A stretch of DNA of 59,881 nucleotides, counting the filler. It is 5 parts of 5 records of this genome, joined end to end, with 100 filler letters (N's around TTAATTAATTAA, not from the genome) between each part and the next. Parts side by side here need not be neighbours in the genome. Positions count along the whole stretch, not along the records: positions 40,206 to 59,881 come from SRR20825006_678; 4 more parts are not named here. One strand, 5' to 3'. The notes beneath the pieces are model-generated. The model did no database searches. It was not told where the DNA came from and worked only from the letters and a program-made list of their open reading frames with translations. The stretch's first letter is position 1. Every line of letters starts with the position of its first letter. Below, in pieces: positions 40,502 through 49,821 of this stretch. The position numbers and the translations under genes are program-made.

Positions 40502-42049
40502 CTAACTATTTTTAAAAATATCATGAAATGCGCTCTCTATCATTTTAATCTCATCATCTTTTAATTCCTCAAAATGTTTCTCTCGTTTATTTTTTGAAAG
40601 TTTCCCTTGATTTTGATTTAAAAATTTAATTAATAAATCTACTTCATGGTCTGGTAGGGTTATATGGTTGTTTATAAACTGTGTCAAGTGGTCATATTTC
40701 TCCAAATAATCCAATTCTTCGGGAATAATTTTTTCAATAGTGTCTGCTACACAACTATATATAAACTCCGCTTGTTTTGTAAGATCAAAATAACGGTAAA
40801 GATCCCCAGTTTCATTTAGTATTTCTACATTATGATTAGGCGTTTCTTTCCATTGGATTAAATCGATTCTAGGTGATGAGAAATCTTCTAATATATCTTG
40901 ATATTCGTCGATACGTTCCAAAATAGCTGATGATACTGGAAAAATAACGCCTCTTTTTGTGTACCCCATTCTAGTGAGTATATGATGGATAAAATAACGA
41001 TGAATTCTACCATTACCATCTGACAAAGGGTGGATAAAAACAAAACCAAAAGCTATGGTTGCTGCTGCTAATACAGGGTCATATCCCGCCGCCTGTAAAA
41101 CTGCATTCGTTTCAAGTAAACCATCCACCAAAGAAGGTAAGTCTTTAGCGCTGGCAGATATATGATCCGGCATTGGCGTAAAGGTTTCTCTATCGTGTTC
41201 ACCTATAAAACCTTCCCCTTTTCTTATACCCATATTGCGTAGCTTTTTATTTCCAATTACAATATCTTGCAAACGTTCGATTTCCTCAAGGCTAAGAGGT
41301 GTTTTACCCGACAATCCAATTGCTTTACCCCAATTTCGAGCTCGCATATTTGGAGGATATTCTCCTTCAATGGCAAAAGAAGCCTTGGAATCCTTCAATA
41401 ATAAAAATGCGGCAGTCCTTCGTACCAAATCTTTATTTCTTTTCCCTAAGCCTGTTTCAATAGCTTCGGATAACCTCTTTTGCAGATAATGTTCAATTGT
41501 TTTCGTTTTACGTATCATCGGACAAAAACCTGGTGTTCCCGGTAAATTGTTTTTGACACGATGTCTCGTTGAATTTGTGGCTGCTATGGTAAACTGCAAG
41601 GTATCATCAACAATAGCAACATAACTTCCTTTCTTGAGGTCTGGTATGTTTAATTTTTCTCCTAATAGCCATTCATATAAGAACCATGCCTTTCTAGTGT
41701 ATTGACTTGTAGGTTCTTCTTCCCACATGGTTATAATGATCTCTTTTCCTAATGTTTCAAAAAATTTCTTTAAGATATAAAGATCTAGTGCTTCATATTT
41801 TAGCGCAAAAACCAAATGACTTTTCAAATCATTGCTTGGTTTGTGTCTAACGGTAAATACTTTCCAGTTTTCTGTATCATACCGTTGATGTTTTTCGGTT
41901 GCCATGGCAAGGGTATCTGGTAAGGGAATAGCTAGCCCACATTGGCTTTCAAGTACTTTTATCAATAAAGTATACCCCACTAAAAAACCTTGTTCGGGTA
42001 ATGTTCGGCCGTGAAAAACAGTTACTTGCTGTGAAAAATAATTACTCAT
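40502..42049 (-). CDS. Fic family protein (class II, internal inhibitory helix)
   Basis: HPLSDGNGRIHR Fic motif; SFAIEG matches the (S/T)xxxE(G/N) inhibition motif. Confidence 0.92.
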   Translation of the reverse strand: MSNYFSQQVTVFHGRTLPEQGFLVGYTLLIKVLESQCGLAIPLPDTLAMATEKHQRYDTENWKVFTVRHKPSNDLKSHLVFALKYEALDLYILKKFFETLGKEIIITMWEEEPTSQYTRKAWFLYEWLLGEKLNIPDLKKGSYVAIVDDTLQFTIAATNSTRHRVKNNLPGTPGFCPMIRKTKTIEHYLQKRLSEAIETGLGKRNKDLVRRTAAFLLLKDSKASFAIEGEYPPNMRARNWGKAIGLSGKTPLSLEEIERLQDIVIGNKKLRNMGIRKGEGFIGEHDRETFTPMPDHISASAKDLPSLVDGLLETNAVLQAAGYDPVLAAATIAFGFVFIHPLSDGNGRIHRYFIHHILTRMGYTKRGVIFPVSSAILERIDEYQDILEDFSSPRIDLIQWKETPNHNVEILNETGDLYRYFDLTKQAEFIYSCVADTIEKIIPEELDYLEKYDHLTQFINNHITLPDHEVDLLIKFLNQNQGKLSKNKREKHFEELKDDEIKMIESAFHDIFKNS

Positions 42050-42150
42050 AGATAATTTTATGAAAAATGATATACAAATATAGCATGAAAAGCAATTACT
42101 TTACATGAAAAGTAGTTATTTTTTAATAAACAACATGAAATTTGATTATT
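42011..42150. repeat. Six 16-bp direct repeats (RTGAAAAnnRnTTAYT) over the fic promoter and first codons
   Basis: Copies at 42011, 42031, 42060, 42085, 42105, 42135; minus-strand -7 box TATATTTG at 42075-42082. Confidence 0.75.
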
Positions 42151-42226
42151 CCTGACGAGATTATAAACTTTAGTTAATTTAACCAAATAGGATTGTGCAT
42201 TCATACGAAATCTTATTAGTATATAG

Positions 42227-42310
42227 CTATCCAATATTCTCGAAAATTAAACTCGCAAAATATTTCTCGAAAAAGGGACGGCATAAAGCCGTTCCGCTGT
42301 CTCTTTTTAT
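42227..42310 (+). repeat. 84-bp structured direct repeat, copy 1
   Basis: 79/84 identical to 57964-58047. Confidence 0.92.
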
Positions 42311-42348
42311 ATACGTTTGCCATCACGTTCCTCAGCTACTACATCGAA

Positions 42349-42567
42349 TTAGCCCATAGCAGAAGGCCAAATATTGTTTTTGATACAGTCTTTGATTTTA
42401 AGCATATCACCGTCAATATCATCTACGCCAAGTACTTTCCCATACTTATCAATGCCAATATAGATTAGACCACCTTCAAAATAATTGAGAAAAGCAATTA
42501 CTTCCTTTTCCATATCCAGATCTTTGGTGAGTTTCTCTTTGTATTCTATACGATTTGTTTCGGGCAT
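42349..42567 (-). pseudogene. Truncated Schlafen/AlbA_2-domain (ATP-binding protein) gene
   Basis: ETNRIEYKE, KEVIAFLN..GGLIYIGIDK.G.VLGV is an AlbA_2 N-terminus; stops after 72 aa. Confidence 0.8.
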
Positions 42568-42895
42568 TATCAGTAATTTAGCGTAAAAATAATCTTTTCA
42601 GGTAAAAATAGAAGCCTTTTCTAAAAAAGCTGCCATATAATTATGGGGTTTAATCACGGTTTTCTTTTTGTATACTCCTAGTGCAGTCTTTATAGGTGAA
42701 TACTTTTTGGAAGTCTATTTATAATATCTGTTATATATGTAGTGATTTTCAATAAATCTATTTTTTAAATATTTATAAAAGATTTTTTAGGAGCATTTTT
42801 AAATGGCAGGTGTGCCTGCTGCACAAGTTAGAAAAAATTTGACGTAGGATTGCTATTAATTTTTTATTGGATTCATAACTTGAAGTATTCTACAG

Positions 42896-42930
42896 CTTTA
42901 AATTAACTTTAGAATTCCCAAATACATTTG
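42896..42930 (+). promoter_or_regulatory. Regulon promoter 1 (PAP2): tandem box plus -7 element
   Basis: CTTTAAA-ttaa-CTTTAGA-n9-TACATTTG. Confidence 0.8.
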
Positions 42931-42994
42931 ACATAAAATAAGAAAATCACAATAAACTATGTAATGTGATTTCAATGATATTATACTTATAAAA

Positions 42995-43774
42995 ATGTAT
43001 ATGACTCTTAGAAAGAAAGAATTAACTTTTGTAATGCTCCTCTTTTTGTTTGCTGGTTTTAGTCAAAAGAAAATAGACAAAGATTCCTTATCAGTTAAGG
43101 ATACATCGAATATCAATTTTCAATATAAATCACTTATTATCCCTTCTGCCCTTATTGGTTATGGTCTTTTGGCCACTGAAAGTCATACTTTGATTGATTT
43201 CAATGGAGAAATTAAAGAAGAAGTAAATGAACATATTGATAAGAAGTTTACTATTGACGATATCTCTCAGTATGCTCCAGCTGTGGCAGTGTATGGTATA
43301 AATTTAGCTGGAGTTAAGGGGAGAAATAATTTAAGGGATAGAACTATTATCTTGGGGACTGCCTATTTGATTATGGGATCGAGTGTTACTGGGTTAAAAG
43401 CTATTACTAGAATAGAGAGACCCGATGGGACTTCTCGAAATTCATTCCCTTCAGGCCATACTGCCACAGCGTTTATGGGTGCTGAATTTTTATATCAAGA
43501 GTATAAAGACGTTTCTATTTGGTATGGAATTGCGGGCTATGCTGTGGCAACAGGAACAGGTTTTTTTAGGATCTATAACGACAGACATTGGTTTAGTGAT
43601 GTTATAGCTGGGGCTGGGATAGGGATTCTTAGTACTAAAATCGCTTATTGGATTCATCCCTTTATTAATAAAAAAATATTTCTCAATCATACTAAAGAAA
43701 AAAGATTTGATAAAGCATTTGCTCCATTTTACAATGGTAGGGAGATGGGTGTGGGAGCTGTGATTCGATTTTAA
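42995..43774 (+). CDS. PAP2-family phosphatase with signal peptide
   Basis: K-x6-RP, SFPSGHT, RIYNDRHWFSD. Confidence 0.92.
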   Translation: MYMTLRKKELTFVMLLFLFAGFSQKKIDKDSLSVKDTSNINFQYKSLIIPSALIGYGLLATESHTLIDFNGEIKEEVNEHIDKKFTIDDISQYAPAVAVYGINLAGVKGRNNLRDRTIILGTAYLIMGSSVTGLKAITRIERPDGTSRNSFPSGHTATAFMGAEFLYQEYKDVSIWYGIAGYAVATGTGFFRIYNDRHWFSDVIAGAGIGILSTKIAYWIHPFINKKIFLNHTKEKRFDKAFAPFYNGREMGVGAVIRF

Positions 43775-43829
43775 CTAATAAACCCGTTATACTATTTCGT
43801 TATTTCTTGAGCTTCTTGAATAGTACGCT

Positions 43830-43864
43830 CTTTAAAATAACTTTAGAATTGAGAGATATATTTG
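43830..43864 (+). promoter_or_regulatory. Regulon promoter 2 (TolC-MFP-RND operon)
   Basis: CTTTAAA-ataa-CTTTAGA-n9-TATATTTG. Confidence 0.8.
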
Positions 43865-43885
43865 TTTATCCTATAAAGTAAATTT

Positions 43886-45166
43886 GTGCGAACTATTCTT
43901 TTTTATAGCTTTTTGTTTTTGTGTACTAGTTCTATAATAGGACAAGAACAAAAGAACCTGGAATATTTTATTAATCAAGCAAAGGAACATTTGCCAAGTG
44001 TAAAGGAAATTGAAAACCTCAAACGGATAGGGGAGTTACAATATGAGGTTATCAAGGCTCAAAACAATGCATTTCAGGTCAACGCTACAACAGATGTATT
44101 AGTAGCTCCTTATTTTAATAATGATGGAAAGTTTATTGACATTACTACAAATCCTTCTAATAATGCCTATGGTTATGATGTGGGCATTACAAATGGAGGA
44201 CTTTATTCTGCACAAGTTAATATTACCAAATCCTTATTTAATAAAAAATTGTTGGATGGACTCTTATTACAAAGTAAACTAACCAATGAAGGAGTATTAC
44301 TTTCATCGGAGGCCATAGTGCATACTTTAATTAAAAACATTACTGACACCTATATACTGGCTTATCAACAACAATTAAAAATCGAATTTGCCGATGAGAT
44401 TTTAGCGGTACTTAGACAAAGACTTGATGTGGTTGCGGTATTGGTTAAAAACGGAATTCTTTCCAGTAGTGACTATTTATTGTTAAAACTTGATTTAGAT
44501 ACAAAAAATATTGAACTTCAGCAATATAGTACAGCTTTCAATACTACTATAATTCAACTGTATTCCCTATGTGGAATTACAGCTGAAAAAACAGAAAGTT
44601 TGCTCCCTCCAATATTGGATTACAAAGAGAATCCAAAAACTTTCTTTTACCTGAAAAAATATCGAAATGACAGTTTACAACTCAAGTCTGATGAGCAGGT
44701 TTTATTGAATCGGTATAAACCAAATTTGTCATTTTATGGAAATACAGGTGTTAATGCGGTGGAACTTTCACATATTAATCATAAAATTGGAGCCAGTGTG
44801 GGTTTACATCTTGACATTCCTATCTATGATGGGAACAGGCGAAAGTATATGCTGGATCAATATAAATTGAAAAAGGAAAATTTAGAAAGGTATAAGAAAA
44901 ATGATGCCGTTAAGCTGAATAATGATCTAAAGGCATTGCATAATCAGGTAGACGCCTTACAGAATCAAATGATTCTGCTTAATAAACAATTGGATCAGTA
45001 TGCCCATATCCAAGAAATCTATAAAGAAAAGTTCGTGCAGGGACAGGTTTCTATTGTTGATTATTTAAATGTGATTCAGAATTATAAATCGAACATGTAT
45101 ACCAAATTACAAGCACAAACAAATTTATGGCTTTTAAAAAGTCAGTTTAACTATACAAATTGGTAA
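43886..45166 (+). CDS. TolC-family outer membrane efflux protein
   Basis: Signal peptide, helical repeats, LDIPIYDG motif; first gene of an RND operon. Confidence 0.82.
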   Translation: MRTILFYSFLFLCTSSIIGQEQKNLEYFINQAKEHLPSVKEIENLKRIGELQYEVIKAQNNAFQVNATTDVLVAPYFNNDGKFIDITTNPSNNAYGYDVGITNGGLYSAQVNITKSLFNKKLLDGLLLQSKLTNEGVLLSSEAIVHTLIKNITDTYILAYQQQLKIEFADEILAVLRQRLDVVAVLVKNGILSSSDYLLLKLDLDTKNIELQQYSTAFNTTIIQLYSLCGITAEKTESLLPPILDYKENPKTFFYLKKYRNDSLQLKSDEQVLLNRYKPNLSFYGNTGVNAVELSHINHKIGASVGLHLDIPIYDGNRRKYMLDQYKLKKENLERYKKNDAVKLNNDLKALHNQVDALQNQMILLNKQLDQYAHIQEIYKEKFVQGQVSIVDYLNVIQNYKSNMYTKLQAQTNLWLLKSQFNYTNW

Positions 45167-45168
45167 TT

Positions 45169-46092
45169 ATGAAGATAGATATCTCAAAATTCTATTTGGT
45201 ATTCATTTTTTTGATAATAGCGATTGGATGCAATACACCTCCTGTACCTCAAAATAAAGCTAAGACCTTTGTTAGGGTTCAAACAACAACAGTTAAAAAA
45301 GGTACTATTGATCAATATCGTTTATTTAATGGAGTTACCAAATATCAGCGAAAGGAAGCTATCCGAGCCAACGTAACTGGATATATTTCTACAATCAATT
45401 TTGAGGTTGGTAATTCTATTAATAAAGGGCAAGTTTTATGCTACATAAGAACAAAAGAACAACAAGCTCTTGGAGCTGCTGTAAAAATAGATAGTTCTCT
45501 GGCAAAACTTACCATTCCTATGGATATAAAAAGTAAGGCGACTGGGGTAGTTTCCATTATAAATTATAATGAGAATAGTTATGTTTCAGAAGGGGCTATT
45601 ATAGCCACTGTTACACAACCAAATTCGTTGACTATACAAGTAAGTATTCCTTTCGATCAAAGTAAAGAAATAAACAAGGGAATGCCTTGTGAGGTTATTT
45701 TAAAAGACACCACCATCAATGCTAAAATTAGTCAACAATTGCCCATAATTGAACCTTTGACCCAAAATCAACAATTTTTAATTGAAATGCCAAAGATTGT
45801 TTTACCAGAAAGCTTAAAAGTACAGATTCGAATGTTGGGAAAAATAGCTATGAATGCGATGGTACTTCCCAAATCTGCCATACAGACTAATGAACTGCAA
45901 AATAAGTTTTGGGTTATGAAAGTTTTAAATGATTCTTTAGCTGTAAAAATTAATGTAATTCCATTATTGGAAAATGATTCTTTGGTTCAAATAAAATCAA
46001 CTATGTTAGATTATAAAGATACTATTATTATTAAGGGAGCATATCAATTACAAGATACTACTGTAGTCCGTATTGAAAATCCAGCGCCATGA
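45169..46092 (+). CDS. RND periplasmic adaptor (MFP) lipoprotein (likely start ATG 45169)
   Basis: Lipobox IAIGC, lipoyl-like half motifs, VLPKSAI; between TolC and RND genes. Confidence 0.82.
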   Translation: MKIDISKFYLVFIFLIIAIGCNTPPVPQNKAKTFVRVQTTTVKKGTIDQYRLFNGVTKYQRKEAIRANVTGYISTINFEVGNSINKGQVLCYIRTKEQQALGAAVKIDSSLAKLTIPMDIKSKATGVVSIINYNENSYVSEGAIIATVTQPNSLTIQVSIPFDQSKEINKGMPCEVILKDTTINAKISQQLPIIEPLTQNQQFLIEMPKIVLPESLKVQIRMLGKIAMNAMVLPKSAIQTNELQNKFWVMKVLNDSLAVKINVIPLLENDSLVQIKSTMLDYKDTIIIKGAYQLQDTTVVRIENPAP

Positions 46093-49000
46093 ATGTTAAC
46101 TTCGTAAAATACAAATATCCTTTTTTGATTTTGGCAATACTCATCTTAGCTGGTGGGCTTTTTTCTTACCAAAAATTAAAAACAGGATTGTTTCCGGATA
46201 TCACTTTTCCAAAGATCAAAGTAATTGCTGATGCAGGACAACAACCAGTGGATAAAATGATGACAGCGGTTACCATTCCTCTAGAAAATGCATTGAGACG
46301 AACAGAAGGATTACAATATATTAAAAGTACTACCTCTCGTGGAAGTTGTGAGATTTCCGTATTTCTAGATTGGGATATGGATATTAATATAGCTAAATCT
46401 CAAATAGAATCCTATATTAATCAATCACAGGGAAGTATTCTCCCAAACACCAATTTTTTAGTAGAGAAAATGAACCCTTCCATATTGCCAGTTATAGGCT
46501 ATTCTTTGGAAGGAGATAATTACTCTTTGGTAGATTTAAAGAAAATAGCTAAATATCAAATAAAGCCCTATTTGGCTGCAAGTCCAGGAGTTGCAGATGT
46601 GGTGGTGGTTGGGGGGAAGGAAAAAGAGTATCAGGTGGTATTGGATCCTGTAAAGTTCAATAAGTTTGGAATTGGTATTTCTACAGTTAAGAATGCTATT
46701 GTCAATGCCAATATTCTTCAATCCAATGGGTATATTGCAGATCATAATCGTTTGTATCTAACACTTACTGATAATGCCATAACTCAAAGAACCGATTTGG
46801 AAAATATCCCAATTATTAATACTTCCAGTGGATTTATTCGCTTAAAGGATATTGCTTCTATTGATATTAAAGAGGTAAAAGAATATGTTAGAATTTTGGC
46901 CAATGGGAAAAATACACCTCTTATTGCCATAGTGAAACAATCAACAGCCAATTTAATGGAGGTTACCACTGAAACAGAGAAAAAAATTGATGAATTGGCA
47001 AGCATTTTGCCCAAAGGAATTTATCTAAAACCTTGCTATAAGCAAGCCGATTTTGTAGGTGAAAGCATTCGTAGTATAAAAGATGTCCTATGGATTGGAC
47101 TTTTATTAGCATTGTTTGTTGTTGTTTATTTTTTAAAATCAATTTCAGCAAGTTTATTGGTGCTGTTTTCCATTCCTATTTCTTTATCGCTTACCTTGAT
47201 TGGTTTAGATATTATGGGTTACTCGTTTAATATTATGACCCTTGGAGCTATTGCAGCTGCAATAGGCCTGATGATAGATGACGTGGTAATTGTGATAGAA
47301 CAAATCCATAAAATTAGAGAGGAAAATCTTGAAGAATCTATTGGAGGGATTGTTCACAGAAGTATTCAATATTTATTTCCAGCAATGATAGGGTCATCTC
47401 TTAGCACATTAGTTATATTCATCCCTTTTATACTTATGACAGGAGTAGCAGGGGCTTATTTCAAAGTAATGGCCTTTACAATGGTTATTGCGCTCATTGC
47501 TTCCTTTGTCGTTTCGTGGTTGGTGTTACCCGTTTTAGCGATTTTTTTATCCAAGGGATCTCATAAAAAGAATATAAAGAGACAAAGTACCAAATGGATA
47601 CACTTTATTTTAAGGCGTCCAATTATTGGAGTTTTATTTGCTTTTTTATGTGTTTTAATTCTACTGGCTGTTCCTTCTAGATTAACCACGGGTTTTTTAC
47701 CCGAAATGGACGAGGGGAGTATTGTGTTGGATTTTAATAGTCCACCTGGTACAACCTTGGAGGAAACCAACCGAATGCTTTCAGAGGTTAATCATATATT
47801 GAACAATCAAGAAGAGGTGGAGGCGTACTCTGCTCGTATGGGAACTCAAATGGGCTTTTTTATTACGGAACCAAACCGTGGGGATTACCTCATAAAATTA
47901 AAAGATTCTAAAAATAAAACTACAACAGCCGTAGCCGATGAAATAAGACAAAAATTAGAGATGTCAATTCCGCAACTTACGGTAGATTTTGGCCAGGTTA
48001 TTGGTGATATGTTGGGAGATTTAATGAGTTCTGTACAACCAATAGAAATAAAAGTATTTGGATCGGATGTGAAAACACTTCAAATACTTTCAAAACAAAT
48101 TGCTGCTGAGATAAAACAGGTGGATGGAACTGTTGATGTAAATGATGGAGTAATTGTTGCCGGACCTACGCTCTCAATAATACCAAATACCTATACACTT
48201 TCTCAATTGGGACTTACAGCAAATGATTTACAATTACAATTACAAACCCAAATAGAAGGGATGGTAGTGAGTACTATATATGAAAACGAACAAATAGTGC
48301 CTATTCGTTTGATATATTCCAATATTAAAAATTTAGACATTGATAATATCAGGAATACTAAAATAATATTACCAAATGGATCATCAATTGCTATTGATAA
48401 AGTAGCTTCCATAACTTTAGGAAAAGGAGTGGCTGAAATTAATAGAGAAAACCAAAAATCCATGGGGGTAATTACTGCACGATTGGATCAGCGTGATCTA
48501 GGATCTGCCGTAGTGGAAATCAAGAATCTAATAACCGAAAAAATCAGTATTCCAAGTGGATATCACATAGCTTATGGGGGAGCTTATAAAGAACAACAAC
48601 AGGCATTTCAGGAATTGTTATTAATTCTAATTAGTGCTTTTTTATTAGTCTTTATGATTATTCTCTGTTTGTTTCGAAAGCTTATTATTGCTATTATGAT
48701 ACTCATTATAGGAGTGCTCGGGGTTGCAGGTTGTTTGTTAAGTCTTTTTATTACAGGAACCCCATTGAATGTTGGAAGTTATACAGGGATTATCATGATT
48801 GTTGGGATTTTAGGGGAGAACAGCATCTTTACCTATTTACAGTTTTTAGAGACAGATACAAAGTGGTCTGTTTTAAAAAGGATCGAATATGCCATAGCTG
48901 AAAGGTTGCGACCAAAGCTAATGACAACTACCGCCGCAATGATGGCTTTGATTCCTTTGGCACTTGGTATCGGAACGGGTGCACAATTACATCAACCATT

Positions 49001-49097
49001 AGCTATTGCGGTTATTGGAGGGCTACTATTTGCTTTGCCACTTTTATTAGTGGTATTGCCTACAATGCTTGAATACATTGAAAAAAAGAGAAAGTGA
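46089..49097 (+). CDS. RND efflux permease (AcrB/CusA superfamily)
   Basis: LFPDITFP, GLMIDD (TM4), FLPEMDEG, RLRPKLMT, QPLAIAVIGG; 1002 aa. Confidence 0.93.
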   Translation: MNVNFVKYKYPFLILAILILAGGLFSYQKLKTGLFPDITFPKIKVIADAGQQPVDKMMTAVTIPLENALRRTEGLQYIKSTTSRGSCEISVFLDWDMDINIAKSQIESYINQSQGSILPNTNFLVEKMNPSILPVIGYSLEGDNYSLVDLKKIAKYQIKPYLAASPGVADVVVVGGKEKEYQVVLDPVKFNKFGIGISTVKNAIVNANILQSNGYIADHNRLYLTLTDNAITQRTDLENIPIINTSSGFIRLKDIASIDIKEVKEYVRILANGKNTPLIAIVKQSTANLMEVTTETEKKIDELASILPKGIYLKPCYKQADFVGESIRSIKDVLWIGLLLALFVVVYFLKSISASLLVLFSIPISLSLTLIGLDIMGYSFNIMTLGAIAAAIGLMIDDVVIVIEQIHKIREENLEESIGGIVHRSIQYLFPAMIGSSLSTLVIFIPFILMTGVAGAYFKVMAFTMVIALIASFVVSWLVLPVLAIFLSKGSHKKNIKRQSTKWIHFILRRPIIGVLFAFLCVLILLAVPSRLTTGFLPEMDEGSIVLDFNSPPGTTLEETNRMLSEVNHILNNQEEVEAYSARMGTQMGFFITEPNRGDYLIKLKDSKNKTTTAVADEIRQKLEMSIPQLTVDFGQVIGDMLGDLMSSVQPIEIKVFGSDVKTLQILSKQIAAEIKQVDGTVDVNDGVIVAGPTLSIIPNTYTLSQLGLTANDLQLQLQTQIEGMVVSTIYENEQIVPIRLIYSNIKNLDIDNIRNTKIILPNGSSIAIDKVASITLGKGVAEINRENQKSMGVITARLDQRDLGSAVVEIKNLITEKISIPSGYHIAYGGAYKEQQQAFQELLLILISAFLLVFMIILCLFRKLIIAIMILIIGVLGVAGCLLSLFITGTPLNVGSYTGIIMIVGILGENSIFTYLQFLETDTKWSVLKRIEYAIAERLRPKLMTTTAAMMALIPLALGIGTGAQLHQPLAIAVIGGLLFALPLLLVVLPTMLEYIEKKRK

Positions 49098-49143
49098 TAA
49101 AAGGAATATTGATTTTTAAATTGAAAGAACTAACTTTAATACT

Positions 49144-49821
49144 ATGAAAATATTAATTGCAGAGGATGAATTTTCTTTACAGCAGTCTATTGCCATTTAT
49201 CTTGAAAAGCAAGGGAATGTGTGCGAAGTGGCTTCAGATTTTAATGAAGCGTCTTATAAGGTGTCACTATATGATTATGATATTGTTATACTGGATCTCA
49301 ATTTGTTGACTGGGAGTGGGATTGATATCTTGAAGCAGTTGAAGAAGGAACAGGATGCTAATACCGCTGTTATTATTATATCTGCAAATAATTCTTTGGA
49401 TGATAAATTAAAAGGTTTGGATCTCGGAGCAGATGATTATTTAACAAAACCATTTCATTTAGCGGAGCTTAATTCCCGAGTAAAGGCCATCTTAAGAAGG
49501 CAAAAGTTTGGAGGAGGTACAATTGTTGTTTTTAACGAGATTAAAATAGATACTGATGGACATTTGGTTACAGTGGGAGAAAAAGTGATTGTACTCACTA
49601 AAAAAGAATATGATTTGTTACTTTTTTTTGTAACCAATAAAAATAGGGTACTATCCAAGGAAATTATAGCAGAACACCTCTGGGGAGACAACAGTGATTT
49701 AATTGACAATTTTGATTTTATTTATGTGCATGTCAATAATTTACGAAAAAAACTCACGAAAGAAGGAGCAAAATATATTAAAACAGCCTATGGAAGTGGG
49801 TACAAATTCATAGATGATTAA
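49144..49821 (+). CDS. OmpR/PhoB-family response regulator
   Basis: ILIAED, ILDLNL phospho-Asp, GADDYLTKPF, winged helix VHVNNLRKKL...TAYGSGY. Confidence 0.95.
   Translation: MKILIAEDEFSLQQSIAIYLEKQGNVCEVASDFNEASYKVSLYDYDIVILDLNLLTGSGIDILKQLKKEQDANTAVIIISANNSLDDKLKGLDLGADDYLTKPFHLAELNSRVKAILRRQKFGGGTIVVFNEIKIDTDGHLVTVGEKVIVLTKKEYDLLLFFVTNKNRVLSKEIIAEHLWGDNSDLIDNFDFIYVHVNNLRKKLTKEGAKYIKTAYGSGYKFIDD

Noticed and set aside
49100-49143. Seventh regulon box upstream of the response regulator
   Set aside because: A TAACTTTA -7-like box is present at 49131, but only one degenerate half-site (TTTTAAA) lies upstream, at 17 rather than 16 bp, with no tandem partner. Not counted.
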